From assembly GCA_963663165.1 (NCBI GenBank), contig OY760175.1, positions 2,240,001 through 2,304,000 of the forward strand: a stretch of DNA of 64,000 bases, in the 5' to 3' direction. The notes under the pieces were generated by a model. It worked only from the letters and a program-made list of their open reading frames with translations. It was not told the origin of the DNA and ran no database searches. Position numbers and translations under genes: made by a program. This document shows, piece after piece, positions 27,601-36,800 of the stretch (within the stretch, counting starts at the first letter, position 1; the number at the start of each line of letters is the position of its first letter). This DNA is from an uncultured Desulfospira sp. (GTDB lineage Bacteria > Desulfobacterota > Desulfobacteria > Desulfobacterales > Desulfobacteraceae).

Positions 27601-29184
27601 GGTGATCACCACCCCGACCGGACTGGTGACCAGGATATCCTTGAGCCGTTTCTGCTCCTGGGCCACGGCCTCCTCCATTTTGATCCGTTCGGTCACGTCG
27701 CTCATGACCGCCACAAATATGGGGGACCCGTTGACGATGTCGGTGTTCAGGGCCACTTCCATAAAAAAACGGGAGCCGTCTTTTCTTAATGCCGGAACCA
27801 CGGTCTGTTTACCGATGATCTTGGCAATGCCGGCCTCAAGGTAGCTGGAAAGGTACTGGTCATGTTCGCGGGTGTATGGTTCGGGCATCAGCCGCTTAAT
27901 GCTTTTCCCAATAATTTCTTCTCTGGTGTAGCCAAATATCTCCTGGGCTGCCGGGCTGAACTCATCGATACGCCCCTTGGCATCAATCACAATGATGCCG
28001 TTAAACGCCGTATCAATAATACCGCGCAGGTAGGCTGTCCGCGCTTCAACCTTGTCTTCGAGTTCTTTTTTGGCCTTTTCCAGTTCCTGCTGGGTCCGTT
28101 CCACCTCAGAGATGTCTATAAAAGTTTCCAGTAAAAGCTGTCTGTCCCCCTGGGTAATAAAAGAAGCCGACTTCATGATGGGCAGGATTGAGCCGTCTTT
28201 GAGCAGCAGTTTGCGCTTGGACATATCCTTGGACTGGTCCAGATCGAGAATGGGGCAATGGTCAACCTCCGAGGGGCATGTCAGCCGGTGGCAGACATGC
28301 CCCACCACCTCCTGTTTGGAATATCCGGTAAGCGCCTCGGCAAATTGATTGATATCGACAATGGTCCGGGTTTCCGGGTCGATCAGTAAAATCCCCGCGT
28401 CTATCGAGTTAAACAGCTGCCTGAGAAACTGTTCATTTTTACTCACGGCCTTGGATGTGGTGATGAGGGCCTGTTTTGACTGGTCAATGCGCTCCAGCAT
28501 GCGGTTGATGCAAACCGATAGATCATGGATTTCATCTTTTCCTTTGATAAAGATGGGAGGTGCTTTATTTTCAAGATTTTCACGCTGGGAGATCTGATCC
28601 ATGAGCGAATCCAGCGGCTCCAGAATTTTTTTATTGAGGATGACATAGCCCAACAGGCTGACCAGTAAAATGGCAAGGGTAACCGCTGTAAAAAAGGAAT
28701 TGGTGATATGTTCCCCCCGCCGGGAAAAAACCCGGTCTGTGGAAACCTTTATCAGGGCCAGGGGGGTGTTCTTTGTGTCCAGGAGGACCCCAAACCCCTC
28801 TGACGTGTTCTGGTCTCCGGGGAAAACAACCGTCTGGTCTTCAAACGCCATGGCCCTGGCCAATGTATCTGTGTTGTCCTTTAAGGGAACCAGGCTGATA
28901 TCTGACCCCAGTAAAGCGGACATTTCATCAAGTGCCGCCTGGGATACAAACCGGGAAAACCCATATGAATCATCCCCGTTGGTCCAATCGATTAAAAGCG
29001 TGTCCAGGTCTGTCAGCTTCACATGCAGCATCCGTCTGGCAGCGTTCACCAGCGATCGGGTATGACCGTCCTCAAGTTCCTGGAACCCTTTTTTGACAAT
29101 GAATTCCGATGCCGCCAGCTGAAACAGAATAAAAAAAGAAATGACCAGACAAATAGCCCATATGGAAAAATTACGAAGCTTCAC
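24691..29184 (-). CDS. Hybrid histidine kinase (shortened CHASE4-like, HAMP, 4 PAS, HisKA, HATPase, 2 REC, Hpt)
   Basis: [40 protein letters not shown], two receivers, AHTLK. Confidence 0.95.
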   Translation of the reverse strand: MKLRNFSIWAICLVISFFILFQLAASEFIVKKGFQELEDGHTRSLVNAARRMLHVKLTDLDTLLIDWTNGDDSYGFSRFVSQAALDEMSALLGSDISLVPLKDNTDTLARAMAFEDQTVVFPGDQNTSEGFGVLLDTKNTPLALIKVSTDRVFSRRGEHITNSFFTAVTLAILLVSLLGYVILNKKILEPLDSLMDQISQRENLENKAPPIFIKGKDEIHDLSVCINRMLERIDQSKQALITTSKAVSKNEQFLRQLFNSIDAGILLIDPETRTIVDINQFAEALTGYSKQEVVGHVCHRLTCPSEVDHCPILDLDQSKDMSKRKLLLKDGSILPIMKSASFITQGDRQLLLETFIDISEVERTQQELEKAKKELEDKVEARTAYLRGIIDTAFNGIIVIDAKGRIDEFSPAAQEIFGYTREEIIGKSIKRLMPEPYTREHDQYLSSYLEAGIAKIIGKQTVVPALRKDGSRFFMEVALNTDIVNGSPIFVAVMSDVTERIKMEEAVAQEQKRLKDILVTSPVGVVITVDGTVKFSNPSMIQMGFEPGRKSFDTYVDPESRDRLVKVLDKEGMALNFETQFRGRDGKVIDVLIFAHHYNYEGSQAILGWVIDITHRKAMENQIRESQARYQRLVEELGGRFVVFSHTKDGEILFMSEGASSVFGMNKEDALGKKWQDVINWLPGESERAVEAFRSFLENEKSSHEVEVSFIHADGSRRMALISEHAVLDSTGGLVSVEGIVEDITRRKEAQKDLAQAKEAAEEATRAKSDFLANMSHEIRTPMNAIIGLSYLALQGDLTEKQRGYIGKVHRSADYLLGLLNDILDFSKIEAGKLDMEHINFFLEDVFDHMANVVGLKAQEAGLELMFDLPCSLPTALVGDPLRLGQVLLNLGNNAVKFTPEGEVVISVRVLEESENTIAFQFAIRDTGIGMSPKQQEKLFLHFSQADTSITRKYGGAGLGLAISKRLTEMMDGRIWVESHPGTGSIFYFTAQFTKQPQAGLPDSQRMAADPFHLLVVDDNATARSIFSEMLSGFGFTVDLADSPESGFKLLENQDKNRPYDLAILDWAFPHTTGIDMARAMQANSDRVHAPKVILVSAYSDTNLLHKAKDVALIKDILSKPIMPSTLFDAIMLVKEGKIRTESRLMLRRDELDQTTSRLKTAKVLIVEDNVINQDVAADLLASHGIDYRIAGNGQVAIEMLDKESFDGVLMDCQMPVMDGYTATRRLREDPRFKDLPIIAMTANVMAGDREKSLEAGMNDHIGKPIRIQELFLAMDKWIKPVIPVGSPVSPKVPEKLPDIPGIDTAAGLKTIQGNRELYLKLLQKFYAGYTDFEKDFKASLKDGDENSPTRCAHTLKTVAAHIGAHGVMEKAKILESACRKNQPEEQIASLFQALAQELSRVMAGLASFAVVPPSAQAPVDAPPDSSLPEQTVDAIQKLRQMIDESDIAALRVIQELQKMPGMEPYTQILDKANSALEDYDFDLAQQQIDRLAPDIS

Positions 29185-29232
29185 GATCCCCCTTGCCTTT
29201 AAGTTGCCCGCATTTTGTTTGAGATATCGCGG

Positions 29233-30261
29233 CTATTCCGGATCTGCATTTTGCCGGGACAGCTCGATTATTTCATCCAGGTGATCCACAAAGGCCGTCA
29301 CCAGGCCAGGGTCAAAATGCCGCCCAGACTCTTCCCGGATCACTGAAACCGCCTTTTCAAAGGGCCATGCTTCCTTATAAGGCCGTTTGCTGACCAGGGC
29401 GTCAAACACATCAGCCACGGCAACGATACGGCCCGCAAGCGGGATCTGATCTCCCTTGAGGCCCTGGGGGTAACCGGTGCCGTCCCATTTTTCGTGATGG
29501 GTCAACGCCACGGTCCGGGCCATATCTAAAAGCGGATAATCGTGTTCGCCGATGATCCGGGCCCCGATTTCCGAATGCTGTTCCATGATGGACCGCTCCC
29601 GGGCATCCAGCCGTCCGGGCTTTCGAAGGATGTTGTCCGGAATACCGATTTTCCCCACATCATGCATGGGGGAGGCACTTAAGATTAAATCCGCCACCTC
29701 CTTGCTCATCCCTATGGCCGTTGCAATGACCCGGCAATAATAGCTCATGCGAATGACGTGCATGCCGGTTTCGTTGTCTTTGTATTCTGCGGCCAGGCCC
29801 AACCGGCGGATAATTTCAAGCCGGCTTTGATTCAGGGCCTTTGTCCGCTCATTAACCAGGTCCTCCAGGGCCCTGTTCTGATCGTACAATTTCAAATGCG
29901 TCCTCACCCTTGCCTGAACCACCGGCGCACTCACAGGCTTTGTAATATAATCCACGGCGCCCAGCTCAAACCCCCGTGTCTCGTCGGTTTCTTCGTCCAT
30001 TGCCGTCACAAATATAACCGGAATGTGTTTGGTATGAAGATCCCGCTTAAGGCGCGTGCAAACCGCATAACCATCCATTTCAGGCATCATGATGTCGAGC
30101 AAAATAAGGTCCGGCCTGAAACGGGATGCGATTTCCAGGGCCTTAGCCCCGTTGTTCGCCGCCTTCACTTTATAGTCGGCCAGGATATCCGACAAAATAG
30201 TGATGTTATCCGGCGTATCGTCAACAATAAGGATGGTTGGTTTATCGGCGCCGTTGGTCAT
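29233..30261 (-). CDS. REC-HD-GYP response regulator (RpfG-like c-di-GMP phosphodiesterase)
   Basis: ILIVDD, LLDIMMP, ETGMHV.R, MHDVGKIG, HHEKWDGTGYP, ADVFDAL...RPYK. Confidence 0.95.
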   Translation of the reverse strand: MTNGADKPTILIVDDTPDNITILSDILADYKVKAANNGAKALEIASRFRPDLILLDIMMPEMDGYAVCTRLKRDLHTKHIPVIFVTAMDEETDETRGFELGAVDYITKPVSAPVVQARVRTHLKLYDQNRALEDLVNERTKALNQSRLEIIRRLGLAAEYKDNETGMHVIRMSYYCRVIATAIGMSKEVADLILSASPMHDVGKIGIPDNILRKPGRLDARERSIMEQHSEIGARIIGEHDYPLLDMARTVALTHHEKWDGTGYPQGLKGDQIPLAGRIVAVADVFDALVSKRPYKEAWPFEKAVSVIREESGRHFDPGLVTAFVDHLDEIIELSRQNADPE

Positions 30262-30476
30262 AGCTCTTTCTCCAGTTAACCTATAAAAAACTGCCCTTAA
30301 ATTCTCTTAAGATGGCCCATCACAACTTGAAATGATGTCATATCATACCACATCCGCCCATCGCATCCACAGCAAATTTCAGGAAGGGTGATATTTAACC
30401 CCGGATATCTCGCAAAATTTTTCACCCCAAAATACAGGCCGGACTTTTGAGTCTGTTGGATGGCGATATCCCCAGG

Positions 30477-32981
30477 CTATCCCTCAAGATGATCTTCCAG
30501 GGGCGGGTCAATGCCTTTATCCCTGGCTTCCTGGGACAGGGTTTCCACCCGGGCTTTTTCCTTTAAGGCCTTTTTCCGGGCGGTGAGGACCTGCTGGTTG
30601 ATGGCGTTAATGAGTTTTTGGGCGTCAGGGTCGATTGGGCCTGAATGTTCATTAATGGCAGCCAGCTTTTCCTTTGCCGCATCAGCGGTTTTGGCGGCCC
30701 TTTTCTGGGCTGTGGCAGCCCTTGATACGGCGTGTTCAAGCTCGTCATAGACCGCCGCAAGCTCGCCTGCCGGGCCTTCTTCCGGGGCCGCATCCAGGTC
30801 TACCGGAATGGCGGCCATGGCCATGACGGTGAAGGAAAGCCGGTTTAAAATGTCCTGAGGGGCAAACCGGGAAAGAATCAGGCAGGCGTCATCTTTTAAA
30901 GTAAAAGGCAGGAACACCATGTCGGCATCCTTTGATTTTGACACAAGGGTGTCGGAATCCAGGCCAAGGACAATGGACGGGGCCGCGTCAATCCGGTAGT
31001 CTTCCAGAATGTCTGAAAGCTCTTTTTGAAGTTCTGAATTTTCCCGGTCATAATTCACCGCCAGCAGGTTGATCCGGGCCGATTCCGCGGGTTTGCCCCG
31101 GGTTGAAAGGTATGCCAGCAACAGCAGCAGGCGGCTTGAGTCATCGTTGTTCCACCAGACGTCAATCCGCTGGATTTTTTGGTCTGAATCCGGTCCCGGC
31201 AGGGCCTTTGAAGCACCATTGACCAGCAGGGTATTGCACTTGGCCTGGGCGGCGGATTTTATAAAGGCTTTATCGATTTTTTCCATCTCCTGCCAGTCAA
31301 ACACCACGGTATTGGCCTTGACCGGGCCTAAGCCGTAAGACTGGAAAAGGGTGTCCATGGCGGTTTCGCTGTCCATGGTGGACAGGCAAAGGGCAAAGGC
31401 CTGAAGCTGCTGGTCGAGAATTTCTTTTTTAAGCTGCTCAAGGGCGCTTTGCCGCAGCTTCATGGCCCGAGCACCTTTGGCCCGGACCAGCCGGACAGCC
31501 GTTGTGATGCCCGAGCCGCCTTCAATAAGGGTTGAAAACCGAAGCAGTCCGGGAAAACTTTCCGGCAAATGAGAAAATGTCAAAATATAAGGCCGCCATT
31601 CCCTGGGATGTTCCATGTCCCGGGAGGCCTGAATCAGGCCGGAACGGACCTGTTGAAGAAAGTGGGAGCGCTTGCTGTCGGCCCAGCGGTCAGGCCCTTT
31701 GACCTGTTTAAGATATTGGTAGACTGAAAGGAGAATGGCGGCGGCGGCAATCCCGGTTTTAATATCAATGGACAGCATGACCCCAAGGCAGGCCAGGAAC
31801 CCGGCCATGCTCACATACCGGGAATACCATTTGAACCGGGGCCTGAACGAGGGGCTCTGTGCAGAAGCCTCATAGTACGTGGCATAGTTGAGCAGGCCAT
31901 AGGAGAGCAAAAAGAACATGGACACAATGCCGGCAATCAGGTCCAGCTGCCCCAGGGAAATCACGGCCAGGGCCAGAATAAAAGAAAACAGGACTGCCCG
32001 TCTCGGGTTGTTGCCGGGCCCGGCACCTTTTTCGAACAGGTTCAGGATATGAAAAATCTTATCGGTGGCAAGGGACTGCAATATCCGGGGTGCCCCCAAA
32101 AAGGATGCCATGGCCGAGGACAGGGTGGCGGCAATGACACCGGCATCAATTAACACCCCCAAGACGGCGGTTTTTTTCATGACACCGTAATCGGACACCA
32201 GGCTGTCTGAAGGACTTGACCCGGCAAACACCAGGGCTGCGGAAACATAGACCAGGATGGACAGGCCCACCGCGGCAAAGGTGCCTGAAGGGATACTTTT
32301 TCCCGGATTTTCAAGGTCCCCGGACATGCTGACTCCCTGTGTAAACCCGGTGACCGCAGGGAAAAAAATGGCAAACAACGGCCAGAACCCCAAAGCCGGT
32401 TGGCTAACGGACCAGTTGGCCATCATTACCCCAGCGTCCCATCCCCCAATGCCGCCGGCATAAAAAGAAACCAGAGCCAGGATCAGAAAGGCCATGACAC
32501 CGTATTGAAATTTGGTGGCCAGATCCGCCCCGACCCAGGCCAGGACAAAGAGAAACAAAAGCGCCACAAAGGCAATGACCTGGGTGGATAAATTCAAGCC
32601 CGATGAGGCGGCAATCCCCTCAACGGCTTCACCGAACCCGATACAATAAAACCCGATGGACACGGACTGGGCCAGGAACAGAACAAGGCCGATGGCCCCG
32701 CCAAACTCTTTGCCCAGGGTCCGGGAAATCAGGTAATAATCCCCGCCCCCTTTGACCTTCATGTTGGTGGAAATGGCGGCCAGGGAGAAACTGGTGAGAA
32801 TGGAGATCAGATTGGCAATACAGATGATGACCAGGGCCGTGCCAAGCCCGGAGCTGCCCACCACAAATCCCATGCGCCTGAACAGGATAATGCCCAGGAT
32901 GGTTAAAACACTCGGGGTAAACACCCCGGAAAAGGTCCCCAGCTTACCGGGCCGGCTGTTTTTTAAATTATCCTTGCTCAA
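30477..32981 (-). CDS. Prokaryotic SLC12/cation-chloride cotransporter family protein
   Basis: KLGTF.GVF.P, GGG.YYLISR.LG.EFGG.IG, FAIFFPAVTG, SGDL.NP.KSIP.GT, SPSFRP.F, WRP; probable TTG start at 32981 overlapping the upstream stop (TTGA). Confidence 0.9.
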   Translation of the reverse strand: MSKDNLKNSRPGKLGTFSGVFTPSVLTILGIILFRRMGFVVGSSGLGTALVIICIANLISILTSFSLAAISTNMKVKGGGDYYLISRTLGKEFGGAIGLVLFLAQSVSIGFYCIGFGEAVEGIAASSGLNLSTQVIAFVALLFLFVLAWVGADLATKFQYGVMAFLILALVSFYAGGIGGWDAGVMMANWSVSQPALGFWPLFAIFFPAVTGFTQGVSMSGDLENPGKSIPSGTFAAVGLSILVYVSAALVFAGSSPSDSLVSDYGVMKKTAVLGVLIDAGVIAATLSSAMASFLGAPRILQSLATDKIFHILNLFEKGAGPGNNPRRAVLFSFILALAVISLGQLDLIAGIVSMFFLLSYGLLNYATYYEASAQSPSFRPRFKWYSRYVSMAGFLACLGVMLSIDIKTGIAAAAILLSVYQYLKQVKGPDRWADSKRSHFLQQVRSGLIQASRDMEHPREWRPYILTFSHLPESFPGLLRFSTLIEGGSGITTAVRLVRAKGARAMKLRQSALEQLKKEILDQQLQAFALCLSTMDSETAMDTLFQSYGLGPVKANTVVFDWQEMEKIDKAFIKSAAQAKCNTLLVNGASKALPGPDSDQKIQRIDVWWNNDDSSRLLLLLAYLSTRGKPAESARINLLAVNYDRENSELQKELSDILEDYRIDAAPSIVLGLDSDTLVSKSKDADMVFLPFTLKDDACLILSRFAPQDILNRLSFTVMAMAAIPVDLDAAPEEGPAGELAAVYDELEHAVSRAATAQKRAAKTADAAKEKLAAINEHSGPIDPDAQKLINAINQQVLTARKKALKEKARVETLSQEARDKGIDPPLEDHLEG

Positions 32982-33640
32982 TTTAAAAACCCCGGGGAAA
33001 AGGCCAGGGCAAACTGGGCCGTGTTGTACAGGGGCAGGCCAACATACCGGTTGATGACGGATTTTCTCACGAACCGGTGCCGGGCCACAAACAAATCGGA
33101 AATATAAAATACCACGGCGCCGAACAGCACCAGGGCCCGCCCGGTTATCCTGAAATCCGGGCACCCGGCAAGGGTTCCGGCACCGGTAACCATCAGGGAA
33201 ATAACGATCATATAGGCAATCACCGGCCCTTTCATCTCCCCCAGGTAAGGTTTGAGCTTCAGGTAAATTACCCCGGAGACCGGCACCACGGCCAAAAGAG
33301 AAATCCAGGTACCACAGGTGATACCCCCGGCCATAAAAAAGGCGGCCGTGTAGAACAGATGGCCTGCCAGAAAAATGACAAGCCCCAGGGTAAACACCCG
33401 CCGGTTAAAGAAAAAGATAAGGCAGATATCCCCCATAAAACAGCAGATCAGGCCCCACAAAACCGGGACATAATAGAATGGCACCGGATGGGGCGATATG
33501 GCAGCCGCCAGAATGAACAGCCCGGAAAGAAACGGCTTGGTTGCCAAAATACCTTTAAGGCTCTCCTTTTTTTCCGCAGCCAGCAGTCCGGCCAGCAAAA
33601 TGACGGCACCTGCAATAATCCCAAATTTGGTCATGGCCAT
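32978..33640 (-). CDS. YhhN/lysoplasmalogenase-family membrane protein
   Basis: TKP, GDICL, F.LGL..FL.GH.FY, PV.AY, GA..F.ISD, LY..AQ. Confidence 0.88.
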   Translation of the reverse strand: MAMTKFGIIAGAVILLAGLLAAEKKESLKGILATKPFLSGLFILAAAISPHPVPFYYVPVLWGLICCFMGDICLIFFFNRRVFTLGLVIFLAGHLFYTAAFFMAGGITCGTWISLLAVVPVSGVIYLKLKPYLGEMKGPVIAYMIVISLMVTGAGTLAGCPDFRITGRALVLFGAVVFYISDLFVARHRFVRKSVINRYVGLPLYNTAQFALAFSPGFLN

Positions 33641-33711
33641 AGGTCTCCAAAGGGGGGTTGTATCCTCTGCCTGGTTGGATACCAGATTTTTAAATCAAAG
33701 AAAATCAAATT

Positions 33712-33820
33712 GTAACTGTTCAGCAGTGCCCCATCTTCGCTCATTTAAGGTCTTCTCACATAGCAAAAGTATGCACCCAAGACCTGACCAAACAAATATG
33801 AAGCACTGATGAACAGTTAC
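33712..33820 (+). mobile_element. MITE-like element, family 3 (109 bp)
   Basis: TIRs GTAACTGTTCAGCAGTGC / GCACTGATGAACAGTTAC (17/18 match); homolog at 14929-15002 and end fragment at 39143-39164. Confidence 0.8.
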
Positions 33821-33894
33821 GGGCCAAGGTTTTACTTATTTTTCAGCATTAGCTGAATAGTTGCATTAAATTTACGGCATTTTGCATGAACGGG

Positions 33895-36800
33895 TTATTT
33901 TTCCGGACGGATATGAAGGGCCTGGCTCAGATCACCCAAAGAATTTTTGGCGCTTTCAAAATCATACCCTTTGATTTCCCGGGCCAGGCGCATGAGCAGA
34001 TCCTTGCCGGGGCTGTTGCCTATCATCCCGGACAGCTGCCGGACCTGTGCGGTGGCAGCGGTATCATTATCTTCAATCAGCGTCTCTAACTCGGCAAGCA
34101 GAGACCGGACGGTTTCAGGATCAGCCGGATGGCCCTGGATCATTTTCTCATCCGTTTTTTCAGCTTCAAGCCCCTCTATGGACTGGATAACCGTTTTCAG
34201 GTGTCCTGCAAACACCGGCAGCAACTTTAAGGATTCCTTGATATTTTCCTGTTTTAAAGCCGTCTCCAGATCGGATGCGGCCTCAAAAAGCGGCTCCGCC
34301 CCCATATTGCCGGCCACCCCTTTAACCGTATGGGCAACCATCCGGGCCGTTTCCGGATCATTGTGGTCCAGGGCCTTTTGAATATCGGCATCGGCGCTGC
34401 CCTGGCTGCCGGCAAATTTGTTGAGCAGGTCCCGGTAAAGGGTGATGTCGCCGGACAGCCGGGCCAATCCGCTTTCGGTGTCGATTCCCGGCAGGGGCCC
34501 TAAGGCATCTGCCGGACTTAAACCGGCCTTTTCGGGGTCATCTCCCGGTTCCGGGAGAACCGGCCCCTTTCCTGTGGGCTTTACCCACCGGCACAAGACG
34601 TTGAGCAAATCATTAACATCAATGGGCTTGGCCACATGATCGTTCATCCCCGCATCCAGTGCCTTTTCCCGGTCACCGGCCATGGCATTGGCGGTCATGG
34701 CGATGATGGGCAGGTCTTTATATTCATCTTTTTTCCGGATTTCCCTGGCAGCGGTATAGCCGTCCATTTCCGGCATGTGGATATCCATGAGAACCGCATC
34801 AACGGGGACCGCCTCAAGCGCCGCTATTCCTAGAAGGCCATTATCTGCCACCGTCACCAGAAAGCCATTGTTCTCCAGAATTCCCCGGGCCACCTGCTGA
34901 TTGATCTCATTGTCCTCTACCACTAGAAGCCTTGCCCCCCGGATCAATTCAACACCGGGAAGGGGAGCGTCTTTGGCCCTAGGGCCTGAAGACGCCCGCC
35001 GGCGGATGCCAAAAGCCGCCATGATGGCGTTAAACAGCAGGGAGGGGGAAACCGGTTTGATCAAATATCCGTCCAGCCCCACATCGTTAGCCGCCTGCAC
35101 CAGGTCCTCCCTGGCATAGGCAGACACCATGATAATGGCAGGGACCTTTATGGCCGGTGAATTCCGGATGATCCGGGAAGCGGCAAGCCCGTCCATCCCG
35201 GGCATTTTCCAATCCATGAGAACCAGGTCATAGGGCTCTTTTTGAGCGGCCGTTTCAAGTTCGGCCAAAGCGGCATCGGCGCTGCCGGCCTGGGTCACCC
35301 TAAAGGACATGGATTCCAGCAGTTCCTGCAGTACGGTCCGGCAAAGGGGGTTGTCGTCAACTACCAGGACTTTTTTATCCTTTAACCCGGTATGGGGCAG
35401 CAGGGGGTTGGCAGGCCGGGACCCGGACTTTTTCAAGCGGACGGTAAAAAAGAACGTGGTCCCCTGCCCCATTTCACTTTCTGCCCATATACGGCCGGCC
35501 ATCATTTCCACCAAGCTTCTGCTGATGGCAAGCCCTAAGCCCGTTCCCCCGTATTTCCGGGTGGTGGAGGCATCGGCCTGGGTAAAGGCATGAAAAAGGC
35601 CGTCCAGCTGTTTTTGGTTCATCCCGATGCCGCTGTCCTGAACAAAAAACTCCAGTTCCACTTCATTTTTGCCGTCTTCCAACAGGCGGCAGCCCAGAAC
35701 GATCTGTCCCTTTTCAGTAAATTTAACCGCATTGCCCGTCAGGTTGGCCAGTATCTGTCCTAACCGCAACGGGTCTCCTTCAAGGACATCGGGCAGGGCC
35801 GGATCAATGTTGAAAATCACCTCCAGTCCCTTTTCCTGGGCCTTGATGCCGACAAGGGCGGTGATGTTGTCCAATACCTCTTCAAGGGAAAATTCAATGA
35901 TTTCCATGGTCAGCTTGCCGGCTTCGATCTTGCTGAAATCCAGAATATCATTGATCACCCCGAGCAGGGCCTTTGAACTGCCCTGGATTTTATGGATATA
36001 ATCGGACTGAAGGTCATCAAGCTCTGTCTGAAGGGCCAGATGGGAAAACCCGATCACCGCATTTAAAGGGGTCCTTATTTCGTGGCTCATGTTGGCCAGA
36101 AATTCGCTTTTGGCCCGGGTGGCATGTTCCGCGATCTGCATGGCCTTTTGAAGGTCGGCGGTCCGTTCTTTGACCAGGGATTCCAGATGGTCTTTGTAGG
36201 CGTTCAGTTCCTGCTGGGTTTTTTTCAGTTCACTGATATCCTTGGTGATGGAGGCAATGCCCATGGGCTTTCCTTCGTCGTTTTTCAACAAAGAAAGGGT
36301 CAGCAAAATGGGAATGCTGGTCCCGTCTTTTTTCTTTCGCGACCATTCCATGGCCCGGATGGATTCCCCGCTTCTGCACCGCTGGTAAAGCTGCCGGGTC
36401 TCTTCTATCATTTCATCCGGGACAATCCCCCAGATCCGGTTGCCCAGAAGCTCTTCTCTGGAATACCCGTAGGCAGCCACAGTGGCTTCATTGACATCTT
36501 TGATATTTCCGGAAAGATCGCATACCAGGATGGAATCGGCCGCTGATTCAAAAACCCTGGACATCAGGCTTAATCCCCGCTCGGCCTGCTTTTTGGCCTG
36601 CTCCACCTGTTCAAGCAGTTTCTGTCTTTCAGTGATATCCATTATAAGACCGGCTGTCCGGGTGACGTTTCCCTGATCGTCTTTTTCAAGGGGCTGGGAA
36701 AGGGCATTGATCCAGCGCCAGTCTTTTTTATTATAAGAGATGCGGTAATCTATGCTGATTAAGAAGACTTCTCCGGAAAACAATGGAGAAAGGCCCTGGC

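Noticed and set aside
32982..33164. N-terminal extension of the SLC12 ORF given in the track
   Set aside because: It overlaps YhhN in another frame; family similarity begins at KLGTF and a coupled TTG start exists at 32981.
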